Shown here: positions 24,624 to 37,866 of the stretch, piece after piece
Layout: each line of letters opens with the position of its first letter
Position numbering within the stretch: position 1 is the stretch's first letter
NCBI GenBank assembly: GCA_000934665.2
Contig: KZ538101.1
Location: 62,001 to 126,000 of the forward strand
DNA from: Catajapyx aquilonaris
Taxonomy: Eukaryota
Length of the DNA stretch: 64,000 nucleotides
Direction of reading: 5' to 3'
Translations under genes and position numbers: made by a program
Notes under the pieces: generated by a model
What the model saw: the letters and a program-made list of their open reading frames with translations, nothing else
What the model was told of the DNA's origin: nothing
Database searches by the model: none

Positions 24624-26399
24624 ATTTAAATAACAAACTTAAACATACCGGTATAGACTACTACATCTATATCTTCTGCCAACCACCTTAGTCGCATTGT
24701 CGTAAAGGTAGACAGCTATAGAAAAGGAGCAGAGGTAGACTGGGGAAGTAGTCGACTTGCTAACTCAACATCTTTCTTAAACGGTGTTGAAGCCCTTTGT
24801 AGGGACCGATCCGGATCAAAAGCTATAGTGGAGAGGTCGGAGATGTTACGCAAAGAACGGCACTCGGATTTAGTAAGCGCGCAAGAGGATCAAGATGCTA
24901 CCTTGTATATTACGGCATAACATGGAATAAAATACGTACTATATTGATTTCCATTTTTTGACATGGCATTAAAAGTCATACAACAGCATGGGTATGTATG
25001 TCATCAAATTAGATTGCACCAGTTCGAAAATATTAGTAATGCTGGAACCATTATTAAACTCGTTGGCATCAAAAGGTACTTCACGCTTAAGTACTAAAAG
25101 ATTAAAATATTTTAAAATAGAATTCCAATATTCAAGAGTCTCTAATTTCGCAGTGACCATATTCCCAACTTGATTTGTACAGTGTGTAAACTAATGCCCT
25201 CTTCTCTCTTCAAAGATTTCCCTCTATAGTGCCACGTGTAGACAGACCAAGACGGTCTGTACGCAGTAAAAAAGAAAACTTTTTTCCCCTCCTGTTCAGG
25301 TGTCCCATTGACAAACTATCCCTGGTTGTCCCCCAAAGTGGAATGGTGTCTGTACGACTGCTGAAACTGGACTCTTCAACAACCTTCTTAGAACTCACTT
25401 TTGGGTCGCTCCTTCTAACAAGCGAATACGATCCTCTTTGGACAGTCTGCACCTCTCTGGCTTTCGTGTTATATTCTTTTTTTTCACCCCGTCTCTTTCT
25501 GCAGGTATAACTCCAGGGAGACATGCGTCGGATGGAATCACGCCACCTTGTCACGCCGGCCTTCTTCCTGCATTTCTTTTTTTTTTCTTCAGCAGCGCCC
25601 CCTGTGCCCATTTTACGCTTGTGGTTAACTCGATTTATCCTAGAATAGCATGTCTATAAAATGCCGTACTAATGACTGTTATTAACAAACACCTTTATAA
25701 TAATTATTGATTTTGAGTGAGTTCGCTGGGTGAACATGAGACAAACACGTAGCATGGCATGAGAGATTTACCCTAATTTGGAAGAGAATCTTCATTTCCT
25801 CTCAAGCGACATCTCATCTCCCAAAATCCCCAGCCAAATGGAATGATAGGCTAATCAGGTACAAGGGGTAATGTCTATCGTCATTTCCAAACGTCAAGGA
25901 AGTTACATTCTATTCAGAAGGGTCGCAAACCTACTTCAACCAATAGTGTGTGGGGGGAAGGAAGAGGCAAATAGAGGGGGAGACGCTGTCGTTTTGCTGC
26001 CATTCATGCAGTTTGAATAGCCAATTCTCGCCCTCCTAACCCAGATTTAAATTTCTTATCCAAAAGTTAACGCTCTTTTTTTTGCCAACTCTTGTCAGCT
26101 CGGGGAAGATTAACCGGATCCCATGGCACCACGGAACGCTCTCTGTCAAATACGATGTCATCTATAGAGTTTACAGCTTTACAAGGGTGGCAACTGGGTT
26201 TACAGTGAGAGACTCAAATCTGAACTGGCATTGAACCTTGAGATGGTCTTTCACCTTTCTGAAAGCACTTACATGGATGACTGTCACAATAGGCGGTTTG
26301 GCACAATAGACCAAAATGGCCTCTCTCGTCCTTTTTTTTTTAAAAAAAATCAAAAATTTACGGGAAACATTTCTTCGAATAATAAGGTATCAAAATAGG

Positions 26400-27500
26400 A
26401 TTAATGTTATAAGGATTCCTTATAATTCTCTCGATCTCATCAGTTAGGATGAGCATTTCTAAAGCGACTATCGCACGCATCTTGATCATAAAATGAAATT
26501 GTTGAAAGAAAAAAAAGAGCTTGAGGGGATTCCTTGTGTATAAGAAGTTTCAGCAAATGGACTTCTTTCTTCTCCAATAATGACGTTTTACACGAAAAGA
26601 AGATGCAGATAACGATATTAAGCACGAGAACGAGTAATCCTAAGCATTTTCTACATTTTTTGAGAGAAGAACACACGCCAACAGGAAGTTTCTAATTGAA
26701 TTCACGTTTACAAAAAACTTTCCTAACGACAAGCACAAAATTTCGAGAACTGATGTTACTGTACGACCTCAATGGCGGTACTTTCGGTAAAATATGGTTA
26801 ACAGGTTGGGGAAATCGGCTAATTGCGAAACTACTGAATCAAAACTTATTTTTACGAGGAGTGTGCAATAAGTTCGCAAATAGAATGCGCATGTTTTGCA
26901 ACATGAATCTGTTCAAGTCTTAGTGTGCCAAGTACGTACTTTGAACATTAGTAATCAACTGAAATATAGACAGAGAAATTATGATTGGCCCAAATTCATA
27001 ATAAGTTGTCTGTTAACAGCCATTGTCACAGGTTCTCTCATTTCTTTTCTCTGTCCAAGAACTTTCTATGTGACACACTCTCTCTCATAGCCTCAATTGC
27101 CTCGGTTCCTCTCATAATCCAAACCAATATGTTTGATAAAAATAATCTATTCAACGAGGACAAATTGACTTTGGTCAGTATGAAAATTTCATACTGACCT
27201 TTTCCAAAGTCAAAAGTCAAATGGCCATCTTGTGCGATGTCGCTGCGATGTCGTGTATAGTCAGAGCATATAGAGGGGAAGGAAAAGTGAAACAGTGGGA
27301 AGGATTATACATTTTCGTCATCTTTTTCAGGGAAGAAAGTCGATATTTTTTACTGACATCTTGAGGCGATCGGGTGAAGATGGAAGTAAAGAAAATTCGT
27401 CTGATTGCCTTTTGAAAAGAGTTTCAACGATGTTTCTCTGGAAGATATAAGCTCACTTCGCATGCATGTAATCTTTATCACATGAAGTATATTAAACTTG
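26400..27500 (+). pseudogene. Highly decayed mariner transposase fossil
   Basis: SISKATIARIL..KKKRA (about 26452-26525) resembles mariner ISxxTVxRIL..KKxxARWVP; EVKKIRLIAF*KEFQRCF (about 27383-27436) resembles the mariner C-terminus. Same strand and order; many stops and frameshifts. Confidence 0.45.
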
Positions 27501-28116
27501 TAGACTCTGTGGTTGCCCAGAAGTACGTTCTGGTACACATCTATGACTCGTCTTCTTCATATTCGCAAAACTAATCTATGCTTTACATTTGTATCACAAT
27601 CACGTCAAAATGGACATGTTCTGAATGTTCAAACTCCCCGAAAATTCTTTTGGAGCTCTTATTTTGTCGTCCTGTACGATAAGGAGGACTTGCAACAAAT
27701 TGCAACAAATGTTTAAAATAACTTTATCATATTTTATTTCACTTATGCTATGAGCTACAGGAATGACTCCCAATGGAGGTCATGCACATCAAACACTGTT
27801 ACTGTTATTTTTTTAAAAAAGTAACAAAAACTTGTGGTGCGACGTGCTAGTTGCTACTATTATTCTTATTTTACATGCTACCAATGCATATCAAGATCAA
27901 GCTGACATTTGATAATTAGAAGCCCTCAGACCTTGTGTCTACCAATGGTCATTAGGCCAACCGACTGTTAGTACCTCAACTCGTACGTTGCTCTTGGGAA
28001 CTTAGAAGGGCCTACATAAGTGCATTATCCAACTTAATGGCTGCTAACTGCACCCTCTAGAACCCTTCCAGATGAGAATATCCCCCGGGGTCAAAGCATT
28101 TGACCATATCACAGAC

Positions 28117-28195
<79 letters not shown>
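28117..28195 (+). repeat. (TAA)n microsatellite, possibly the tail of a 5'-truncated retroelement
   Basis: About 26 ATA units, preceded by a short hairpin GGTCAAAGCATTTGACC. Confidence 0.9.
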
Positions 28196-28196
<1 letters not shown>

Positions 28197-29923
28197 CTGC
28201 ATCAAAGTTTGATATACGGTATGTCCCATTTTCAAGACATTTTTTTTTCTTTCTTCTTTACTCCCCACTTTCAGGATTATACTGTAGAGTTCAGTCGCAG
28301 CTTGGGCTGGAGGCAGAGGAGTTTTGAGTAAAGAAAACTGTAATGTAATGTATCCTGTATTTATACCCCCCTCCACCTACCTTTCCCACAAGAGAAGTGG
28401 GGACTTCATCTCCTCCCAACCTCCGCCATCCCCCCCCCCTCCCCACTTTTAGCCTTCCTCCCCCAATCAATATCAATCTCCCGGGCGGTGGAATTTATCG
28501 GGAAGCGCAGCAAACTGCCTCCGCGGAGAGGTGCGCCTAATGCATGCGCATCCTTCATCCATGTCTCTAGAGAAGGACCCAGCGCTCCTAATGGATGCGG
28601 GGAACCCCCGTGGGGACAATTCCACCCCCATCTTCTTACCCAGCTTGGGAAGGGGGTTGGTGGGGAGGAGGAGAAGGAGGAGGTAGGGGGAGTTTACAAA
28701 AAGAATGGCACCCATGGCAAAAGCACACACTAAAAGGCTCGCATCCAGACCCTGGTATGCACCTACAAGTTTCTTGCCCGCCCAACTTTATGTCAAGGAA
28801 TGGTACTGTAGATTCATACTTTATGTATTTGCGGGAGTGGTAAAATTGAAGTGGTGTACCTGTACGGTATGGTATTATTGTGTGCCCTTTTTTTGCCAAG
28901 CACCAATGGAAAAGAGTAGAGTAAAACATTTTTGACTTTTGGGATAAAGTATGGGATAACGGATAAGGGACATGTCAAGTTTTCAGGACGTAGTGATGTT
29001 TCTGTAGCTGTATTCATCGTAGGAAGCCTCATAACAATGGCTTATTCAGGTAATATACTGTGTAATAAGTGGCTGTAAATTTTCAACTACAAATTGCATT
29101 ACATGAACACACCCCTTTTTCATTTCTAGTTAGGAGCGGGATAATTTTTCTACTTTTTATGATATCCCCGCAGATGCTGCACTATTTAAAATTAATTGGA
29201 ACCTGCTGCTATCTATTCTTAACCACAAGTGTTTCCAATTGTGATTAGCATATTATGAAAATAATCGAGTTCAAAAATTAAATCACTGAGAGAGTGATTT
29301 TTCTCAGCCATATTTGCAATAAATTTTTCCATTGTTGTCCTGCAGGTTTCCCATCGCAGGTTAACTATATACTGATTCAAAACTGGTGTCCGATAGTTGA
29401 CTTGTTTGCGTCGCTGCATGTTCCGCATAGCTGAAACAAATTCCTATTAACGTGGAAGGTGGGGATGGCGTACCACACGCACACACGCACAAGCAACAGT
29501 ATATCATATTCTCGTTGAATTGTTCATCTTCGTGAACAGTGTAACATACACTGCGTACTCTATGCGCATAATCTTTTAACTGTGGCACAAAAATATTTGC
29601 ATCTATAGATTGAGAGCAAAATGGCAGCATAGATTTTACATTTAAAGAATATTATTTGACTACAGCACATTGCCTGTATGTTCCATTTTGAATGCTTTCA
29701 TAAATAACCGTGACACTAAAATGCTTTTAACTGCAATTTGGGCAGTGGCGTGAATTTGCTGCTGCAATAATCAGGTTTGACATCCCTCACTGCACTTTCA
29801 ATGCAATTTTCACTCTAGATTTACTTTCTGAAAAATTTTGTCACTATTTCGCTCTACAGCCTTTGCTGCAGTCATATACGCTCGTAGTTCCTGATTGGAA
29901 GTACAATATATCATACTGAGTGA

Positions 29924-30105
29924 AGCCTTGCTTCCACCGGCATAATTCTTTTAGCACAAAATGAAAGCACAAAAATAGAGCACAAAATCAAACAAACATT
30001 ATTATTATTACTTTATGACTTTATTATTAATCGCCTAGCAACAAAAAAAATTGTTCTGGCTTGCATTTTGTCCAGAACAAAAATTATTCCTGTTGAAACA
30101 AGGCT
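29924..30105. mobile_element. Degenerate PIF/Harbinger-like MITE
   Basis: AGCCTTGCTTCCACCGGCATAATT versus AATTATTCCTGTTGAAACAAGGCT; flanks TGA/TTA (TWA-like); internal GCACAAAA repeats. Confidence 0.55.
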
Positions 30106-30467
30106 TTAGTCAGTGTTTCGATATGGGTGAACACTGAATAGCTAGAATCGGCTAAACGTGCTGAAACATTTGGTACCGGTATAAGTTGTGTTGGTAACGT
30201 TTGTTCGTAGTTACCTATACTCTACTCTACGGTGACAGCAACACGACCATTACCGGCATTTTATTGCTAATCGACTCTCAATGACTGAAGCATTGATGAC
30301 GACTGTAACAGAAAATGGGTATAGTAGGCCTATAATTATGGGGAAAATGCAGAAAACTTTGCTTCAGGTATCCTGATTGTTGCCATGACCTTACTTACTT
30401 CCTCAGCATGTGCACAAGTACATAGTCATAAACGTTTTGCTACCCTTACCTATTATATTCAAGTGTA

Positions 30468-30791
30468 TGGGGAGGCGGAGTGGTGCTGCGGTAACGTATG
30501 CGCCCACGGATGTTAAGGTCCCGGGTTCGATCCCATCCCGGGGACACCCCCTTCATCTCGTGCAGAGTTCAGGGTCACCTCTGGCTTCGTCTCGGGTGGT
30601 ATTTCCAATAGACTAAACCTCCCGGGGGGGTTCGCTAAAAATGGCCACATTAAGACATTGCACTGCACCTTGCACATCCCCTCCTATCATCCTGCCCGTG
30701 GGCCCGGGCGTTTCAAAAATATGGTCTATGTATAAGTTACAATAAAGGTCCGTGCCGCATACCCTATATAGGGTCAGGCACTACCCAAGAA

Positions 30792-30833
<42 letters not shown>
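30468..30833 (+). mobile_element. tRNA-derived SINE family C, full length
   Basis: A-box-like TGGTGCTGCGG, B box GGTTCGATCC, (ATT)n tail, TSD TATTATATTCAAGTGTA; homologous to copies at 37621 and 49229. Confidence 0.92.
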
Positions 30834-30841
<8 letters not shown>

Positions 30842-30959
30842 TCAAGTGTACAGGATTACTTTAAGGTTCGGAAGTTGAAACTTTCCATTCGAGGTAAGAA
30901 AATAAATATTGTTATATTCATGGTATACTGTAAGTAGTTTTGATCGATGAACGTATGGG

Positions 30960-31403
30960 CAGGGAGCATATACTACATAAGAGGCGCAAACATTCGATTT
31001 TTGCGTCTCTCTGTTTATAGGGCGTTGCCAAGGCTGGCGGCCATTTTGAAGTGTGTGGTGCGCAAACGAGGTATAAATAGGGTACAGGCAGGCCGTCAAG
31101 GTCCGCGGGGGTCCGCCATCTTTGATGGTTTTGGCTGCCATGGCAATACACGGCAACAACAATTTACTTACCCTTGCCAATATCGAATTCAAATTCGCGC
31201 GTGTTCTTGCCGTGTAGTTGCCATGTCCGCCAAAACCATCAAAGATGGCGGACCTTATTTTTGCCAGTACCCTATTATACCTCGTTGGCATACCACACAC
31301 TTCAAAACGGCCGCCAGCCTTGGCAACGCCCTATAAACAGAGAGACGCGAACATCAAAGGCGCCGACAGAAGTTTGCGCCTCTTATGTAGTATATGCTCC
31401 CTG
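30960..31403. mobile_element. Long-hairpin MITE with CA..TG ends and a 7-bp TSD (P-element-like)
   Basis: Perfect 32-bp terminal IR CAGGGAGCATATACTACATAAGAGGCGCAAAC; inverted symmetry extends over most of the element; TSD GTATGGG (30953-30959 / 31404-31410). Confidence 0.88.
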
Positions 31404-32444
31404 GTATGGGGCTTAAGTAACAATCGATTTTCGCCCCAAACAATTGGGTTCATCGCTGATATGTAAACGCGGCCTAACCTTGGTAGTGCAACCAGACTTC
31501 AAAAAATAAAGATTTCAAATTAAAATATGTTGTTACTTAAAATATTATATTTGAGTGTCATTAAGCGTGTACAATTTGTTTCTGATTCGCAGAAACCTTA
31601 GAAATAGTGCTAATTCGTAGCTAGTGCAGGCCACTAGTCCATCATAATAATTCACTATTGAATTCAACACAAGGACTGTCACCACGAGTTTCAGAAGTAT
31701 TCAGATGTCGGTCTTGGAAAAGTCAAAGTTCATAAATAAACTCAATTTAGTTTCAAATCTGATAGCTGTTTCAGTGTCATTCCCTTGAGCTACAGTAATT
31801 GCTCATTACATAGCCATGAGTTACAGTTGATTGGTTAGACCGGGCGTTGAAAACTCGTCTAAAAATAGAACTGAGGCCAGACTGGAGTGCCGTCAACATC
31901 CGGTGTTTTCCGAGACACCACTTACCGGGACGAAAATTGAATATCACAAGAGGAGTTAGTTACGGAAGTAACAATGCCAGAGGTTGATAGTAGGCGAGAA
32001 AAAGAAAAATATTCTCATCGGGGGGACCTGGCCTCATTTTGTCCTGTATACCTCCTTATAGGTTACGAAACTGCAATGAAGTATAAAGAACGATATGTTT
32101 TGCTATTGAATTTACACTATTGCCAGTGGGTGCAAATTAAATATACAGTAGTATGCTCTATTGTGTTTATTCAGTGGACCTGAACAGAAATGTTCCGCGA
32201 TGGATATGCTGGGTGCTGCAAGAGTAATCCACGAGTGAATTACCGGATTATGTCTAAGGACTGTACAAGCGAAAGAGAAGTTAATAGACAATAGCATATA
32301 GACTACAGCAAACAGTGTACTGTGATTATTTTACCGTCTACGCCTGTCAGATTGCTCTTGAGCACTGGTGTGACGATATAATTTTGTTCATAAAGTTAAT
32401 ATGCGGCATGCATAAGAAAATTATGCACGACTCGTTTAATAACA

Positions 32445-32730
32445 TTTTTTTTTTTACCCCGTGTGTTACCCCATGATAGAGGTCGTGGCCCTCTTAGGGG
32501 GGAAGGGGAAGTTCCCAAGGGAGGGCGCCGCGCCGTGCGATAGCCATTTCTGACATTCTTTGACACCAGGCCTTTTCTCCTGGCCCCGAGCAGAGAAGGG
32601 AGTGCAATTCTGCTCCGGCATGTCGGGAGAAAAGCGGAAAAAGACCCTGCCAAGCAGAGGTGACGGGGACGGGATTTGAACCCCGGCCTCCCGCTTGGCT
32701 GGCCAGCGGCGTAACTGATAGACCACCATG
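32445..32730 (-). mobile_element. tRNA-derived SINE family D
   Basis: Minus strand: degenerate A box TGGTCTATCAG, B box GGTTCAAATCC, unique body, tail CCCCCCTAAGAGGGCC...CACGGGGTAAAAAAAAAAA. TSD not evident. Confidence 0.75.
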
Positions 32731-32902
32731 TACAGTATTTGGGTCGAAATGTTGGCCAAAAAATTTTCTGTGGGCTTTTGCTTCTAAAATTCTCTGATTC
32801 ATTAATTTATGAAGTAATAGGGGAAGTAAAGTAGTTATTGGTGACAAAAAAGCAGGCAGTATAAGCGGATCTTTACTGGTACAAGCCAATATATGTACGA
32901 AT

Positions 32903-33145
32903 CAGGGTCACCTACATGAGTGCCACCCCCACCTAGACAGGGTATTGTCTCTCCGCCATATTGGAACTAAATCAGATAGGAAAATTGCATAGGAAAAAAA
33001 ACAATTGAAAAAAAACAAAAGCGAATCGCTTGCCAATTCCCTATCCTGCAGCATGGGGCGGCCATATTGGAACTAGATTGCATAAGGACTATGTGAAGAC
33101 AATACCCTGGTTAGGGTGGGGGAGGCAACCATGTAGGGGACCCTG
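32903..33145. mobile_element. MITE with an 8-bp TSD (hAT- or P-like)
   Basis: TIR CAGGGTCACCTACATG / CATGTAGGGGACCCTG; perfect TSD GTACGAAT (32895-32902 / 33146-33153); internal direct repeat GCCATATTGGAACTA. Confidence 0.85.
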
Positions 33146-33270
33146 GTACGAATGACTCCATTTTGTAAGAAGCTATTGCGGATTTCTCAGGAATCGTAGC
33201 CAATTTTGCATTTTAATTGTCATATTTGTGATCAGCACATTAAAATCTTTAATAAATGTCTTTAGGCCCC

Positions 33271-33388
33271 TAATCTGGTGACCCCGGGTAAGCTTGCCCG
33301 CGGGAAAACCCCATGGCAACATATGTAAAAGGATAGCAGTAAACAACAAGTTACCCCAGGGGGCAAGCTACCCGGGGTCACCAGACTA
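33271..33388. mobile_element. Small MITE (TAGTCTGGTGAC-type ends, Academ-like; superfamily uncertain)
   Basis: TAATCTGGTGACCCCGGGTAAGCTTGCCC versus GGGCAAGCTACCCGGGGTCACCAGACTA. Confidence 0.7.
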
Positions 33389-36113
33389 TATACCTTAATC
33401 TTAGAAGTTTGACTTTTGTCAAAATTTGTCGCCCAGTGATTATAGCAACACGTATTTTTTAAAAATATATTCAAGCTTTTTGTTGACATCTAGGCCTTGT
33501 TACTGTTGTATCAAGTCATATAATTGTCTCCTTACCATGACTTTGACTCATGATGACCCTAGTTGAAAGAGAGAGAAAATAGTCGGAAAAAAGAGTGCAA
33601 AAATTTACGTTAACAACACCGGAGAAAAATGGGGGGGNNGGGGGGGGGGGGAATGAAATGGCGGGAAAAGGCGGGCGAGATTCTTTTATAGCTATGAAAT
33701 AGAAGGCTCACTCTTCAAAATGTCATAAATATAACAGCTCGGAAGGCTTCGGAAGTATAACTTAATCATGTTTGAATACTTCACATTTGGCGAAAAAAGT
33801 ATACAAATTATTGCATAATGTCGAGGACAAATAATTACTTATAGACTAGTCATATTATTGTAAGAAATTCTTTAAAATGAAGTACAACCTTCTTCTGAAG
33901 CTTCCATAATTATTGGAACAGTTCACAATATATTATTTTGTATAACTGAAAACAACACAAATGAATGTGTCGCGCCGTAAATTGCGCTTAAAATTAGCTA
34001 AATATTACTCGAACTGTCATCAACTTTCAACTGCTGGTACGGACGAAGAGTTTCACCTTACACCTATGAGAAGTATACAACTGCATGTCATAATAGCCTC
34101 TTCATTCATCTGTTCCGGGAAACGGAATTTTTTGGAATCAGTAACATTTTTAAAAAATCAAATTTTGTCCAGCTTTTTTGGCCAAATACCCCACTGTGCA
34201 TCGTTTAATAACTTAATTCTCTTATTCCATAAGTGTATTAATTTTTGGCTATCATGAATGGCTGCGATAAAGGCTGTAAGTCTACATGTAACATGCACTT
34301 AACATATGATGTAACATAGTCAAGAATGTCCTTTATTATTTTCTTTGTTCCATAATAATAGTTCAAAAAAACAGGATTAATCGATATGAAATAAGTCTAA
34401 AATTGTAAATTGTAGTACAATATTAACAACACATTACTTTTCACAATAACATATTTCCTAGACATAACTTTTGTGTACTGATGGCAATTCATGCTGTAAA
34501 ATCGGAAACAGATAAGGCGAGGAATAAGGGACGGGCAAGAGAAAGCAAGGTTGACAGAAATAGGACGCATATACTCCAGTTTACTGTTAACACGTGAGCA
34601 AATGTGCTACTGCTTCAGAATGGCTGCTGGCACATTCCCAGGTAATGTTGCGAGTGGGAATGTTAAGGGGTCAAAATGACGCCACGAGGAAGATGGCCAA
34701 GCTAAGACCTTTGAACTGGAATAAAGTACCGAACAATGTCCTTACAGCTCATAACCCCGGTAGTTACAAACTGTAAAGGTTCCTCAGAGATATACTGTAG
34801 TCCAATAAAGCATCCCTGCTATTGAATAAAAAGTCGGGGGACTGAGCAGGAGTCTCCACGTGAATGGAGGTGTTCCATGGGGGTATGAAAACTGATACTG
34901 TCAGAGTAAATAGCAGAACGGGGACGAGGGAGAAGCAAGTCAACGTGCAATATTTTTTCTTCATGAGGGTATCAAAATGATACCAAAGCAGTAGAGACGC
35001 CACACAAGTTCTTGAATGACACAATGAGTTTAACCGATGAGAATATTGTCATTGCACGTTTCTACGATGATTTCCTGTCCACATTGCGTATTCATGTGTG
35101 TAAGCTACACTCACAGTAGATGTACTGATACGTCCAAGCAAGCACTTCTGGAAATTATCCATGAATGGCCACGGTTGTGAGAGATAGGAGTTTAAATTAC
35201 CTTACTCAGAGAGCTCATTTCGTCTGTCACTGCGTGAGCTTGCAAAAGTTGCTGCAACTTTCTATGGGTCCTTGTTTATACAGGGAGTGCTATAGCTAGA
35301 CGCAAAGTTTCTCCCCCACTCGTAGGATTTTAAGGCTTTGTCATTTAAAAAAAAAGGTATATGTTTACTCTCCGAATCGCATAAGTGTGAACCTTTTTTG
35401 GATATCCATACGCCGAAAGTAGTGCCCATCATGCCGGGCCCTTCCGCTTCTCACAACAAAATGTGCAGTTTGTGTAGCGCTGCAGCTACAGCATGGGCTG
35501 CCCATGATAATTATTAGGCATTCGAATTACATGTACCAGCACTGTTTCTTCGAGAAAGCCAGAGATACCGGGGACAAATTTTGCGGCGGCTCACCCCCTC
35601 GGGCGTATGTATAAGGTTCAGATCGCGAATCGGAGAGTACTAAGTGATAAAAGGCATAGTGTGGCATGTCCTGCAAGATTTCCGTTGGGAAATTGACTAA
35701 TCTCGAACTTTTGTGGCGCACAATTATTTTCCTTTCACTTTAGGATGTTCAAAATTATCAGTGTTGCTGGATAAATACAGATCCACAAAATCTTTGTTGA
35801 TGGACCTAAAGAAAATTAACATTTAGCTAAGCAGTAATGCTTTGAAATACATTTCTGATTATGTAAGAGCCTGATACCAATCCTTGGGATATTTTCATAA
35901 TTATTTTCTGAAGATTATACTATTTTAAGCCCTCAAAAAAAGTCAAGACACTACAGTATAAACATGATCCCAAAAATGATTTGATGGTGATGGGATGCAT
36001 ATACATGCATTCTCACTCTACTTTTCATGCACCAGATATTTAAAAAATATATATCGTCAGAGGCTGGAGAGATCAGCATACATTATCAAGACAGTGATCT
36101 GATTCAAATAATT

Positions 36114-36361
36114 GAAGATCTCGGGGGAATAACGATCAAGGTCTACCTCAGGTTAAACTCAGATATTTCAATTTCCAATTTCGAAGGCCCATAAGGTTCT
36201 ATTGTAAATCCCACTTTCGGGACCTTCCATAGTTACCTATGATCATTACTCCACAACCACGACCAAACCATCATATTCTATGCTAGTGAAACTATCTTCT
36301 GAGATATGTAACTCATTTTTGACAAAAAGTGGACCTTGATCGTTCTTCCCCCGAGGTCTTC
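36114..36361. mobile_element. Sola-like MITE
   Basis: TIR GAAGATCTCGGGGGAATAACGATCAAGGTC / GACCTTGATCGTTCTTCCCCCGAGGTCTTC; TSD AATT on both sides. Confidence 0.82.
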
Positions 36362-37620
36362 AATTAGGCTACGTATACAGCCAGAAATATTACAGAGGCA
36401 CATAGTTTGACATGTAGTTTGTTCTGACCAGTAGACAGTGCACCAGTTGCATTCTAGCAGGCTAGTTAAAAAGTTGATTAATATTTTTCATGAACTACGA
36501 AGACAAAATATTGATTAGTGATCATGAATTCTGAAGTCCACAGTTTAAAAATAGACTGTGAATAATAGCTCAAGTCCCCAAGGCAACATTGTAACAGCTT
36601 TTTAATTTCCTCTCATTTCCCTCTGTGCCAATTGCATTGTAAAGTGGCTTCCAGTTAATTTTCTGCTTTTGCAATCAGCGAGCGAGACACAGTTCCAGCA
36701 ACATGACTATAACCTCTGATTGCAAATTTTGCTGAATGTACTGTACATTAGATAGCAAGACGCTCCTTGCACAAGGTTACCAAGTATTTTTTAAGAAAAT
36801 AACTATTATATGTATGAAGTGTCTCATGTAAAATTTTGAAGTACCTGAATTACCTATATTTTACGATGATATCTGTCTAGTTAATCAAGGCGATAGGATC
36901 CTTTCTCCCGAATCTGAAACCCGGCACCGTGTTGCACTGCCATGAAAAAAATGAGGCTCTTGTTATAATTGGATTGAACGTAGCAGCGGCAAAGAGAAAG
37001 ATAGATCCATCATCAATTTCCACACACCTCCTACTCCCCCTCACCTCTTCCCCCCACCAACTACCCACACAGTCCCAAGTATTCCATCTTGTCTAATTTC
37101 ACCTCCTCTTAGATGCCCGGCTCGATCTGGATGAAAGCCACTCCTATCAATTTTCTCATTTCGGCTTGACGCGTGCAGTATCGCTCCCTCGCCTTAAGGA
37201 TCGAATTTTCATTTCCAGTTTTAATTGCACCGTAAACTTCCAGAGCCGTCCAGAATGCAATATGAGTATGCCCAGTATTTTTTGGAATGAATCCGATAAC
37301 ATCAGATATCTACCCCCTACCTCCCCCTCCTTTCCTCCTTCCCCCCTCCTTCCCCCCTCCTTTTCCCAGAATCGGAGTCCTTCCTCATTTCCCAGCCCAA
37401 CTTCTTGGTTGTGAAGTATTTTATTGCAGAACATGGCAAAGTGCTTCTTAGGAGTTTCGCAATTCTGGACTCTCAAAGACAATATCAGCGATAGGTCCAC
37501 AACTCTTTTGTCTACCTATGTAGGCGTTAACAAGATTGGAATCAATTTGAAAATTATCAGAAGGTCGTTTTAAAACATTACAAAAATATACTGTACGACC
37601 ATGTACTGCATCATACATAG

Positions 37621-37866
37621 GGTCACCTCTGGCTGCGTCTAGGGTGGTATATCCACAGACTAAACCACCCGGGGGAGTTCACTAAAAATGGCCACATAAA
37701 GACATTGCACTGCACCTTGCACATCCCCTCCTGTCATCCTGCCCGTGGGCCTGGGCGCTTCAATAATTAGGTTCCAAATATGTACATCGTACAAATAAAG
37801 GTCCGTGCTACATGCCGAGAAGGCCAAGCACTACCCGGATATTATTATTATATTATTATTATATTA
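37621..37866 (+). mobile_element. 5'-truncated SINE family C
   Basis: Starts mid-body (GGTCACCTCTGGCT); (ATT)n tail; perfect 17-bp TSD TACTGCATCATACATAG (37604-37620 / 37867-37883). Confidence 0.92.

Noticed and set aside
30468..30545. tRNA gene calls for SINE heads (also 8718, 39601, 49229)
   Set aside because: A and B boxes are present but there is no proper acceptor stem, and each continues into a SINE body with tail and TSD.
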